DNA of 63,725 nt, the filler included, from Octopus bimaculoides (lineage: Eukaryota): the NCBI RefSeq assembly GCF_001194135.2. It is 6 parts of 6 records of this genome, joined end to end, with 100 filler letters (N's around TTAATTAATTAA, not from the genome) between each part and the next. Parts side by side here need not be neighbours in the genome. Positions count along the whole stretch, not along the records: positions 1 to 28,938 come from NC_069003.1; 5 more parts are not named here. One strand, given 5' to 3'. Both the position numbers and the translations under genes were made by a program. Shown piece by piece: positions 1 to 10,958 of this stretch (position 1 is the stretch's first letter; the number at the start of each line of letters is the position of its first letter). The notes beneath the pieces are model-generated. The model was not told where the DNA came from. It saw only the letters and a program-made list of their open reading frames with translations, and ran no database searches.

Positions 1-46
1 TCTATCTCTTTCTTTCTTTCTCTCTCTCTCTCTTTCTTTCTCTCTA

Positions 47-95
<49 letters not shown>

Positions 96-226
96 TACAC
101 ACAAACACAGATATACACAGATACACACTCTTTCTGTCTGTCTGTATTTATGTATGCATGTATGTATGTATATATGTATATATATGTGTGTGTGTGTATG
201 TGTGTGTGTGTGTGTATGTGTGTGTG

Positions 227-270
<44 letters not shown>

Positions 271-279
271 CATACATAC

Positions 280-314
<35 letters not shown>

Positions 315-317
315 TGT

Positions 318-379
<62 letters not shown>

Positions 380-380
380 G
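1..380. repeat. Compound microsatellite (CT)n, (TG)n, (TA)n, (TATG)n, (GATA)n
   Basis: Read directly. Representative of dozens of similar compound arrays across the window. Confidence 0.95.
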
Positions 381-398
381 AGTGCGTATATACAATAC

Positions 399-836
399 AG
401 ACGCAGGCGTGACAGTGTGATAAAAAGCTTGCTTCACAACCACGTGGTTCCGGGTTCAGTCCCACTGCGAAGCATCTCGAGCAAGGATCTTCAGCCTTGG
501 GTAGACCAAAGCCTTCTGAGTGGATTTGGTAGACGAAAACTAAAAGTAACCCGTCGTATATATATATTTAAGTGTGTGTGTATATGTGTGTGTGTGTGCA
601 TGTCTTTGTGACTGCATCTTTTTCCCTCTAAACACCACTTGACAACCGGTGTTGGTGTGTTTACGTCCCCGTAACTTAGCGGTTCGGCACAAGTGACTGA
701 TAGAATAAGTACTAAGCTTTAAAAAGTAAGTCCTGAGGTCAATTTGTTCGGCTAAAACCGTCCAAGGCGGTGCTCCAGCGTGACTGCAGTGAAATGACTG
801 AAACAAGTAAAAGAATAAAAGAATAAAAGAATAAAA
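399..836 (+). mobile_element. SINE family A, full bipartite copy with internal microsatellite
   Basis: Head with B-box-like GGTTCAGTCCC, body ending ...CCCGTCGTA, a (TA)/(TG) tract, a 3' half (CTTGACAACCG...GACTGAAAC) and an (AAAAGAAT)n tail. The same blocks recur at least six times in the window. Confidence 0.85.
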
Positions 837-1616
837 CTACACACACACATATATATGCGTGTGTGCACGGGTGTGTGTGAATATGCCTTGACGTGCGTTT
901 ATGCATTACATATATGTGTGTATATATACAGAATATACGATATATAATGTGACATATGACACATTCATATATATGTTAGTATAATATATAATACATACAC
1001 ACACACATACACATACATATATGTGTGTGCATATGTATGTGTGTGTGTATATATATATAATGAATTAAAAGCAATAAATGCACAAACAAACGGGCAACAC
1101 ACAGAGAAGGTCACCAAATCCTGATCAGTTGTCGGCAACAGGGTCAAACGCAATTTCGCGCCTTAACAATAATTTTGATTCCCCATCTGGTGATACCGAC
1201 GGCGAAAACGCCGCTGGGAATTAGCGAGCCAAAAAAAAAAACAGAACAGAAAATGAACAACCAGACAAGAAATAAACAACTACGCGATACAGAAAGTTGA
1301 CATACAAATGTGGAATAAATATAATCCAAGACGAGACAATTAGTGGACTACGAGGGCCAGATATGTGTGTGTGTGTGTGTGTGTAGAAAGAGAGAGAGAG
1401 TAAGTGATAAATAGATAGATAGACTGGTCTATATGTGTGTTTGTGTGTGCACGTAAATGCATACGCATGTGTGTGTATGTCTCTGTGTGTGTTTGGCTTT
1501 ATGTGGCACAAAGGGACAGACGAAACAACAGAAAACGCACAACAATGGCTGCAGTAATGCTCAGACCCTCATCAATTTCGATACGCATGCAAACATATAA
1601 CACATACATACATACA

Positions 1617-1649
<33 letters not shown>

Positions 1650-1739
1650 CCTTTCCTCTTTTCTGCGCATCAGTAATAAAAAGACATGTATTTACGTCTA
1701 TATTTCACGAGCAGTGAGCCTTTTATTTGACATCATTTC

Positions 1740-1960
1740 AGATTTTTTCCTAGTTAAGCTGTGTTTTGTATAAATAGACACTGTTTAATCAGTGACGTGT
1801 CACTAGAAGCACAGACTTGCGAATTAGTGTATCCTGCAGAGATATGCCACTTTATATGCAGTTCATCTCTACTGGTGATTATGGAAAAAAAACCCGAAAA
1901 CATCTTCATTGAGGAACGAACAACAAGCCATGAAACGATCCACCAGGTGTTTTCCGTTTT
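1740..1960 (-). mobile_element. Possible highly decayed mariner transposase fragment
   Basis: Two frames give RFMACCSFLNEDVFG and FFSIITSRDE, resembling the mariner 'C..LL....FL.RIITGDE' segment. Weak. Confidence 0.3.
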
Positions 1961-2250
1961 CATTTTCTGTACAGCAATATTATAGAAAGAATGAGTTTAC
2001 ATTCTTGTTTTGCTCACAGTGAGGCTTTGTGGCTTAGGCTGTGCTGTGCACAGACATACATATATATTTACACACACACACACACGCACACATATATATT
2101 AAATATATATTGACACACACACACACACATAGTATATATACTCACACTCACATACACACACACACATATATACATATGCATATATATATACATAAATACA
2201 CACATGTATATATAGTCATATATACTCATATCTATACATATTGTATGTAT

Positions 2251-2433
2251 GGAGTGGCTGTGTGGTAAGTAACTTGCTTACCAACCACATGGTCCTGGGT
2301 TCAGTCCCACTGCGTGGCACCTTGGGCATTTGTCTTCTACTACAGCCTTGGGCCGACCAAAGCCTTTTGAGTGAATTTGGTAGACGGAAACTGAAAAGAA
2401 GCCCGTCGTATATGTGTATATATATGTGTGTAT
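2251..2433 (+). mobile_element. SINE family A, 5' half only
   Basis: GGAGTGGCTGTGTGGTAAG...GAAGCCCGTCGTA followed by a microsatellite. The 3' half is absent and a PLE fragment follows directly. Confidence 0.85.
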
Positions 2434-4260
2434 AAATCAGGCCCTCCAAATAAGTGGCTTCCGCGAAAAAATCAGTTATATCTCCAACACTAAGCTAAAA
2501 CTAAAATAGCACATCTCTTCCCCAATACTAACCCTGAATCTACGGACACTACTTCCACTCTATACCAATCCAACAACTCAACAAAAACACCCTACATATC
2601 GCATTCGACCGCACCACTGGCCACCCCAAGCCTATAACAACTCAAGGCACTCCTATTGATCTTCCCACTACAACCACACACTCTAAACAATCTAAGGCCA
2701 GGAAGCGTGAAAGTCTATGGTTTGCACCATCCTTCTCTCTCCAAGTTAAATCTCTACCTAAACTCTTCTTTAAAATTCTAAAATCTAATTTTCCACCACA
2801 GCATGAATACTATCCTGTCTTTAACAAATCATCTGTGAAAATCTACTCCACCACACCTAATTTAGGATGCATAATCGCCTCCTCGAACAAACGCAAACTA
2901 CAGCACCAGTCCTCTGAACACCTAAACTCTCACACTGAACCCCAAGCTAGACCACATACAAGCAAATCGCACAATCCTTAATAACCCACCTCAATTAAAT
3001 GATACTAAACTCAAGCCAACACACCATAATTCCACCAGTGCAGCTACAAATACTAGCTCCAATACCACCTCCCAATCCAGTACAAATACAAATTACACTT
3101 TAGGCTCTTTCCCACTAACAACAAACCAACGTCACTAATAGGAAACTCCAACCACGGAGCAGGTAGAAAAACGTACAAGTGTCGCGCATTTAAATTATGT
3201 CTTCTTGCAGACTACTGTCTGCACAAAAATGTGATGTACAAGTGTCGTGTTATAACACTCGGCTCCAACGAAGCAAGAGTATATATCGGCGGCACCGTAG
3301 ATTTCAAGCGCCGCTGCCGTGCACACATGAACTCTTTCACTAATCCAAATTCTAAACTAGGTACCTCCTTAGCAACCACAAATCGCAAAATATTCCATAC
3401 ACCCTATCCTGGTCTATAGTAAGTGAAACTCCTCCATACAATAAAAATATCGCTAAGTGTAAATTATGTCTAAAAGAATCATTAACCATTCTTTGCCTTC
3501 ACAACTCCTCATTACTCAATAGATTCTCTGATGTTATTTATTCTCGTAACAAATATACTATCCAACTTTCACGCTCTTCGCAAAATCTATATAATCTTCT
3601 AATAAGTTTCCATACTAAAAAAAAATTAATCTAAAACAAAGTCAGCTTTACAACCTACTGCTTAATAAATACTAACCCCTCTATTTTATTCCTTCACATA
3701 CACAGTTCTCAAATTTCTTCCAAATCAACCACTTCCCACTTTCCTCTTAGCTTCCCCACCGTCCCCAAAACACATCTCAAACTCCTTCCAAATCTTCAAA
3801 TCAACCAGTTCCTACTTTCCTCTTAGCCTCCTCACCCTCCCCAACCCCAAACAGTACTTAAAACTCCCTTCCTCTGAAAACTAACCAACCAACCTACCTC
3901 TAGTTCCTCCCTACCTACACCTCTCTATTCAATTTCATACTCCTCCCTTTACCTCAACACCCCCCTCTAATACCAACCCAATTCCTTTGTCCGACTAGTA
4001 ACTACTTTTGACCACCTTCTCACCCCCTTTAGCTACTGAACCAGTCAACTCATTTCTCTCAAACAATAGCTATCCCTGTTTCTCTACCTCAACCTTTAAC
4101 TCTATAACCTCATAAAACTACCACAAAGGTAATCATTCACATACTACTTAAACCACCCTCCTCTTTCTCCCTGCATTTAAATTGATGTAATGATTGCATC
4201 GTTCAATTAAATGGAGCCGCTTGAAACGGTCACTTCTTGATATCCTGTTGTTTATTTTGA
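2434..4260 (+). mobile_element. Penelope-like retroelement, 3' half (post-RT region, GIY-YIG endonuclease, 3' region), frameshifted
   Basis: Conceptual translations: NQALQISGFREKISY (~2434), WFAPSFSLQV...FNKSSVKIYSTTPNLGCIIASSNKRKL (from 2700), CRAFKLCLLADYCLHKNVMYKC...VYIGGTVDFKRRCRAH (3180-3330) and KCKLCLKES...LLNR. These match recalled PLE motifs WFNPPYS, FNRNTVKVSYS, the GIY-YIG core and CxLCLxE. Confidence 0.85.
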
Positions 4261-4850
4261 TTATATATATATATATNNNNNNNNNNNNNNNNNNNNNNNN
4301 NNNNNNNNNNNNNNNNNNNNNNNNNNNNNNNNNNNNNNNNNNNNNNNNNNNNNNNNNNNNNNNNNNNNNNNNNNNNNNNNNNNNNNNNNNNNNNNNNNNN
4401 NNNNNNNNNNNCACATAGGAAAACGGAAAGCCACTTGGAATATCCCTTCATCAGCTGTCTCTATTCTATCTAGACGTTTCGAAGATAAGACAGAACGTAC
4501 TCTAGAATAGTCTCTTCCTGAGTAGTGGATCAACCCACTACACAGAGGATTCCAAGGTGGCAAACACAAACCAAGACAGGAAAAATTGGACAGTGGAAAC
4601 AACATTCAAAAGCCGTACGGCCAAACGCAAATCTGAGGTAGAACGCTAGTAGTTCGTCTTGCCTTCACATCGGCTGGAGTGAAAAGAAAGTTGACCACAG
4701 GTCACACGAGAGCAGAGAGGAGAGAGATAATTACATGATAAGGTCATTAAAATTAATGAATCTTATCAGTGGCCAGCATATGAGAAGTTTTTAGGCAAAA
4801 TACATATATAGAGATATATAATTGTATAGGGTACAATTATACTTAAGGAC

Positions 4851-4965
4851 ACAGGAGCTAACATGCCTATATGCTAAAAGAAGACGCCGAATTCGTCAGA
4901 CCACATTTAAAGTGGTGGGACGAATTCGACGCCTTCTTTCAGCATATAGGCACGTTAGCTTCTGT
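4851..4965. repeat. Inverted repeat, 47-bp arms (4851-4897 and 4919-4965)
   Basis: ACAGGAGCTAACATGCCTATATGCTAAAAGAAGACGCCGAATTCGTC matches the reverse complement of arm 2 except for a few transitions. Confidence 0.9.
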
Positions 4966-4984
4966 ACCCTTTAGCGGTTGGCAC

Positions 4985-5032
4985 TATCGTATCACGTGAT
5001 TTCACCGTGAATTGCAGATCATCATCAGTAGC
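4985..5032 (-). ncRNA. Degenerate type I hammerhead ribozyme motif
   Basis: CTGATGA (5028-5022), GAAA (5003-5000) and palindromic stem III ATCACGTGAT. Stems I and II pair poorly. Confidence 0.45.
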
Positions 5033-5227
5033 AATTTAAGACAATCTAAACAACACTAATTTAGATTAAATGTTGCTAATTAATATATGTTACTAAGATT
5101 GTTCTTGTCGCTCATCGGTAATTTATTCACAGTCCACCAGCTTTTGGCAAGATTTCTGACTGTTAGGCTAGTTTTAAACTATATTGATTTCACTGATTTT
5201 CCATCTGGCATTCGGAGTTTGACCAAA

Positions 5228-5273
5228 TACCTCTGATGATCCATATCTTATGGTGAAATCCTGTGATACGGTA
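5228..5273 (+). ncRNA. Type I hammerhead ribozyme motif (minimal, PLE type)
   Basis: Core CTGATGA 5233-5239; stem II CCATA/TATGG; GAAA 5255-5258; stem III ATC/GAT; AUA triplet; stem I TACC/GGTA. Two junction-proximal pairs are mismatched. Confidence 0.7.
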
Positions 5274-6104
5274 GTACCATCCGCCGTTGCAGACGAAAAT
5301 TTCCTCAACCGATACAGTTTGTGTTTTTCAGCATTTGTCGTCTACACGAGATAATTTTTCGGGACATCTATCTATCTATCTATCTATCTANNNNNNNNNN
5401 NNNNNNNNNNNNNNNNNNNNNNNNNNNNNNNNNNNNNNNNNNNNNNNNNNNNNNNNNNNNNNNNNNNNNNNNNNNNNNNNNNNNNNNNNNNNNNNNNNNN
5501 NNNNNNNNNNNNNNNNNNNNNNNNNNNNNNNNNNNNNNNNNNNNNNNNNNNNNNNNNNNNNNNNNNNNNNNNNNNNNNNNNNNNNNNNNNNNNNNNNNNN
5601 NNNNNNNNNNNNNNNNNNNNNNNNNNNNNNNNNNNNNNNNNNNNNNNNNNNNNNNNNNNNNNNNNNNNNNNNNNNNNNNNNNNNNNNNNNNNNNNNNNNN
5701 NNNNNNNNNNNNNNNNNNNNNNNNNNNNNNNNNNNNNNNNNNNNNNNNNNNNNNNNNNNNNNNNNNNNNNNNNNNNNNNNNNNNNNNNNNNNNNNNNNNN
5801 NNNNNNNNNNNNNNNNNNNNNNNNNNNNNNNNNNNNNNNNNNNNNNNNNNNNNNNNNNNNNNNNNNNNNNNNNNNNNNNNNNNNNNNNNNNNNNNNNNNN
5901 NNNNNNNNNNNNNNNNNNNNNNNNNNNNNNNNNNNNNNNNNNNNNNNNNNNNNNNNNNNNNNNNNNNNNNNNNNNNNNNNNNNNNNNNNNNNNNNNNNNN
6001 NNNNNNNNNNNNNNNNNNNNNNNNNNNNNNNNNNNNNNNNNNNNNNNNNNNNNNNNNNNNNNNNNNNNNNNNNNNNNNNNNNNNNNNNNNNNNNNNNNNN
6101 NNAG

Positions 6105-6360
6105 ATAGATATTTGTTATCTCCCCTTTTTCTTAGCTCTCCTATGTGAACTTTCTGTCCGGCAGTCGCCATGATAGATCGCTGACCACGACATTTAAATT
6201 TTTTTTCACCTTGTTTTTCTACTTATTTCTTTCTGTTGAAAAGCGTAGCTCGAAACGTTAAAGATTTTCTCTATTCCCGAGCGTTAAACTAATACATCCT
6301 TTTGTTGTTTACAGCACCTGTCCTCGTCTGTTGTTTTTTTTTTCGTAAATTCTCCTAAAT
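6105..6360 (+). mobile_element. Repeat family B (PLE terminal-repeat-like) with variant hammerhead motif at 6228-6264
   Basis: TCTTT-CTGTTGA-A-AAGCgtaGCTC-GAAAC-GTT-AAAGA followed by ...AAACTAATACA...CACCTGTC. Homologous copies at ~24060, ~29400 and ~34520. Confidence 0.65.
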
Positions 6361-6387
6361 ATATAGATATATATATACATATATAGA

Positions 6388-6419
<32 letters not shown>

Positions 6420-6493
6420 CGTGGACATACACACACACACACACACATATATATAGATATATATATATACATATATACGCTGTATCTATATGA

Positions 6494-6532
<39 letters not shown>

Positions 6533-6685
6533 CACACATACACACAGATACAGACATTTACATATAAATGCATGTACGCATATACACGCATATAACCTTA
6601 CGTAATACACACACGCACATATTTGTATACATATTTGTTTGTATGTAAATATGTCTATAGATTGAACTATTTCGTTTCTACTTAC

Positions 6686-6737
6686 CATAATAGATACCAC
6701 CATCTTGATATCGTTTCTCGGTAAAATTCAACTCCAT
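6686..6737 (-). CDS. Candidate first coding exon, MELNFTEKRYQDGGIYY(G), MORN-repeat-like
   Basis: ATG in gggATGG context with an in-frame upstream stop, and a consensus donor G|GTAAGT at 6686/6685. YQDGGIYYG resembles the MORN 'YxDGxxYxG' pattern. No downstream exon found. Confidence 0.3.
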
Positions 6738-7065
6738 CCCTTCAATTTATCTGAAAGGGTCACTAGATTGTCCCAAGGGATCAGCTGTTTAATGTAGTTT
6801 ACATGAAAAGGGGGGGGGAGGAAATAAAATCTATTAAAAATATATGTGATGCAATTTGGAGTGGAGTAGAACTGTTCAAGGAAAGTGGGAGAAGGCGGAG
6901 GAATAGGAGGGTGAGCAAGAGACTGCGATAGAAGTGAGAGGCAAAAGAAGAAGAAAAAGAAAAAGAAGAACAACAACAGCAATAACAATCCGATTTCCAG
7001 GGTAACTTATTATTATTAACGATGGAGAAAGTGGTGACATATATAAGTACGCACAAACACAAACA

Positions 7066-7120
<55 letters not shown>

Positions 7121-7358
7121 ATGTGTGAGTGTACATACATGCATACATATATTACTGAGGGTGTTATAAAACCTAGAATATATATATATACACACATACA
7201 CACACATATATAAGTATGTATGTGTGTATATATATATATATATATNNNNNNNNNNNNNNNNNNNNNNNNNNNNNNNNNNNNNNNNNNNNNNNNNNNNNNN
7301 NNNNNNNNNNNNNNNNNNNNNNNNNNNNNNNNNNNNNNNNNNNNNNNNNNNNNNNNNN

Positions 7359-7403
<45 letters not shown>

Positions 7404-7691
7404 TCATGGCTATGTCTATGTATATGTATATGTACATGTATATATGTTTGTGTGTATGTGTGTATGTATATGTGTATGTATGAATGTGTGTGTATGCATG
7501 TATGTATGTATCTCCAATAACGGACAAAATCAACATCCATTGAGAAGGTTGCAGAAGCAACGAAAATTCTGGAAAAAACATAAATAATAGATGAGTGGAG
7601 ATCGAACCGGTGAGAGTGTTAGATAATCAAAGCATTAAGAGAATTTGACTCTCCCCAGACACAATATGGATATGTTCAATTTGGGTCACAG

Positions 7692-8357
7692 ATTTGAAAC
7701 TGCGTATACTGGTGGAATGTCTCACGCAGAACACGGTTTACTTTGAACATTTTTGACAAAATTTGGTATTTAATCTAATAAAGGCTTTTATATCGACGAA
7801 ATGTGTTTGTGGTTGGTAATAGTAAGATAAAATCATGACAATAACAATACATCTCATAATTGTAAAATAAGACATTTTGAAACTACATACAAAAGCTTGC
7901 TGCGAACTCGAAGCTCTATAGGTCTTTTAAACACCGGTGCGTTTTATGTGCGAATAAAATACCGATGTCGGACAAACAAATATATATAGATAGTATTTCT
8001 TCCTTCTTGATGTTGATTCTTCGATGTTTACTGGTTACTCCGACGTGAGAACCAAAGAAAAAAAAGGAAAAAGCGTGTAATATACAACACAGGCAGTAAA
8101 CAAAAACAAAAAAAATAGAACAGAGTGGTGACATTTAGTAGAGATGACCCGGAAGTTGTCATCTCGATTACTCTTCGATTACTATCGTAAACAGCAGTAG
8201 CTTTCTTCAACTGAATACACGTCGTTGATTGGTTGAAATTACCCAAATATGACAACTTTAGCACGAAATAACTTCTAAAATACCAAATTTTGTCAAAAGT
8301 GTTCAAAGTAAACCATGTTCTGCGTGAGACATTCCACCAGTATACGAAGTTTCAAAT
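7692..8357. mobile_element. Non-autonomous TIR element (MITE-like), ~80-bp terminal inverted repeats
   Basis: ATTTGAAACTGCGTATACTGGTGGAATGTCTCACGCAG...TTTGGTATTT (7692-7771) is mirrored at 8278-8357 with few mismatches. No coding interior. Confidence 0.8.
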
Positions 8358-8688
8358 TGTTTAGTTTAGAAAAATTAATTTTAAAAAATCATGCCTCGGC
8401 TTTGATGGAAGGTTCCGTGAAATACATACGAACTCGGAACCACTTGCCTGCGAAGCAAACTTCTAAGCCACACTGCTACGATTACCGTTATTGTTGTTGT
8501 TACCATTGTCGTTGATGTTATATTTGTTACTGGAACATTTTATTGTTTTCTTTGTTTTCTTATTGCTTGCTTTTGTTGTTAGTTTTCTAAGAATTCAGTG
8601 AATATCTGATCGGGGTGGAGACGTAAGTCATTCGCATTGTTTTTGTTGTGAGATATTTTTTACTGTGGTTGCATATGTGTGTGCGAAA

Positions 8689-8721
<33 letters not shown>

Positions 8722-8759
8722 TACAGACAGACAGGCGGGAGGATTTTTTTCAACATCAT

Positions 8760-9070
8760 TGTCGACACAGTCAACGTCTTAATAAAGGTCGTTGTCATCG
8801 TCATCTTTGTGGTGGTGGTGGTGGTGGCGGTGGTCGTCGTCGTCGTCATCATCAGCCATTACCGTTGTCATCATCATCATCGTCGCTGTTGTCATCGTTG
8901 TCCTCATCATCGTCCTCCCCTTCATCATCATCATCATCATCATCACCCCCTCCTCCTACTTCTCTCCCTCCTCATCCTCATCATCACCAACCTCTTTCAT
9001 TTATTCCTTTTCCTTCTCCGGTTTACCATTACTTTTCGTCCTCCTCTTCCTCCTACTCTACTTCCCGTAT
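8760..9070. repeat. Mixed trinucleotide low-complexity tract (GGT/CGT/CAT/CCT)
   Basis: Read directly. Explains the overlapping poly-V/H/S ORFs. Confidence 0.85.
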
Positions 9071-9784
9071 TCTTCCTCCATTTTTTTCTTCCTTCTTTAA
9101 CACATTTTAACGACGATCACTTTAAAATGTGTAATCCCCTAATACCGTGTCCGATTTGTGGACCTCAGTTGGCAGTAATCTTTGCTTACTGCCAAAATCG
9201 TTGCTTTTTCAGAAAACGAAAAAAATAGCTTCACCATTCCATAGCAAAACCGTTGTACTACAATTTGACAATTCTTGATATCTTGGACTCTGAAGCAGCT
9301 GGAGATTCGATAGTTTGACCAAATGAACCGGCTATTGGAAGCAAAAATGAATACTGAAACAAACGCATTTGGCCAAATTTGGACATACGACAATTTAACA
9401 TAATAGCAACGATATANNNNNNNNNNNNNNNNNNNNNNNNNNNNNNNNNNNNNNNNNNNNNNNNNNNNNNNNNNNNNNNNNNNNNNNNNNNNNNNNNNNN
9501 NNNNNNNNNNNNNNNNATATATATATATATATATATATATATGCAACTATATATGTATATATGTATCTATACGTATACATGTATGCAAATATTTAATCAT
9601 GTATTTATGTAGAAATCTATGTACGTATGTATGTGTATATATATGTGTGTGTGTGTGTGTGTATGTATATGTATATATCTATATATATATATGTGTGTGT
9701 ATGTATATATATACATATAATATATATATGCATATACATACATACATTACATACATACATACATACATATATATATATACATAC

Positions 9785-9822
<38 letters not shown>

Positions 9823-9879
9823 GGATTGCTTCTTTTTCAAATTCTCTTGGATACAATCAATTTCCTGACAATACGATGT

Positions 9880-10650
9880 TGTTGTTACTGTTTTTCCTTA
9901 TTTCAAAAATGAATAACTCCCTTCACTGACCACCATACTGTGGCCACTAACTTTTTAGGGTGCAATGGTGAGTTTGAGTAGTATTTAGGTGACTATCCCG
10001 CATCTAACCACTGTCCTGTTCTCTTGCTGTTGTCAAAGAGTATCCATTTCTCATCACAAGTAATGATTTGATGCAAAAATGGTCTTTTTCCAGTCGAGAA
10101 AGCAATAAGGAGCACACTNNNNNNNNNNCTTGTTCAGTTGATGTGAAACAAACCTCTCCGTTTTCTTGACTTTTCCAATTTTTTTATCGGTGTCCAAAAA
10201 CAGTTGTGCGAGATGTTTGGAGTTCTGATGAAAGTTTTCGAACCTTTGTTCTCGGATTTTGTTCAACCAAAGTATTTAATCCATCACGCCGAATAAATGA
10301 TTTTGGCCTACCCCTTGGTTTATTTTCAAGGCTATCGTCTCCTGAACGAGAGCTTTGGGACCATCTCTGAACAGTTCTGATGTCAACAAAACCATTACCA
10401 AATGCCCGCTTGATATTCCGTAGAGCTTCTGCGGCAGAGTGACCAAGTTTGTACTCATACGAGAAAATCACTCAACATAGTTTGGTGGTTATCATTTTCA
10501 TAAGGTCTGTGGATACAAATTTTGTATACCAATATTGTTGGGACAGAAAAAGAGTCAAGATTAAATGCAAGGTATACATAATTCAGTTTTTAAATGACTG
10601 AAATAACAAGTAATTAAAAATGCGACATTTCATGTGAAACAGCCTTAGAT
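9880..10650 (-). mobile_element. Mariner (DD34D) transposase remnant, 5' two-thirds
   Basis: IFSYEYKLGHSAAEALRNIKRAFG...RTVQRW...RGRP (HTH), then IGKVKK...FVSHQL and FLHQIITCDEKWILFDN...HPKKLVATVWW. Contains frameshifts and stops. Confidence 0.9.
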
Positions 10651-10689
10651 ATGTATATAATGTATGCATGTATATATGTATGCCATTAT

Positions 10690-10958
10690 CTTAAGATTTC
10701 TTGCCAAGAGAGAAAGAGTCGGCTTCTAACCTAGATCCAAGGCTACTTTATTGAAATTTCAACAACATCAACAGGGTATGTATGTATGCATGTATGTATG
10801 TATGTATGTATGTACGTATGTATGTACATATGCATGTATGTATGTATGTATGTATGTTCAAATTTACATGTTTTGTTTTATATTTGTATTCTCATGCATG
10901 TAGTTGCATGTCTAGACATATTCATATATACTTAAATGATAAACTTCTGGAAAGTTTT
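10690..10958 (-). mobile_element. 3' end of an R4/Dong-like LINE inside a (TATG)n array
   Basis: 10690-10776 aligns by eye to 18615-18690. The minus strand at ~10932-10958 reads KTFQKFII*, like the C-terminus recalled for such elements. Confidence 0.5.

Noticed and set aside
83-611. ORFs rich in YI/HT/CV/LS dipeptides here and throughout the track
   Set aside because: They are translations of (TA)n, (CA)n, (CT)n and (TATG)n microsatellites, or run through N gaps.
3170-3560. Possible selenocysteine (UGA) codons in the PLE GIY-YIG region
   Set aside because: The conserved Cys positions I could align are TGT, or TAC in one case. No in-frame TGA at those sites.
4170-4235. Hammerhead- or SECIS-like text at the end of the PLE 3' half (GATGT-AATGATTGC...GAAACGGTC-ACTTC)
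   Set aside because: The position is suggestive, but the CUGANGA core is missing and no convincing SECIS stem forms.
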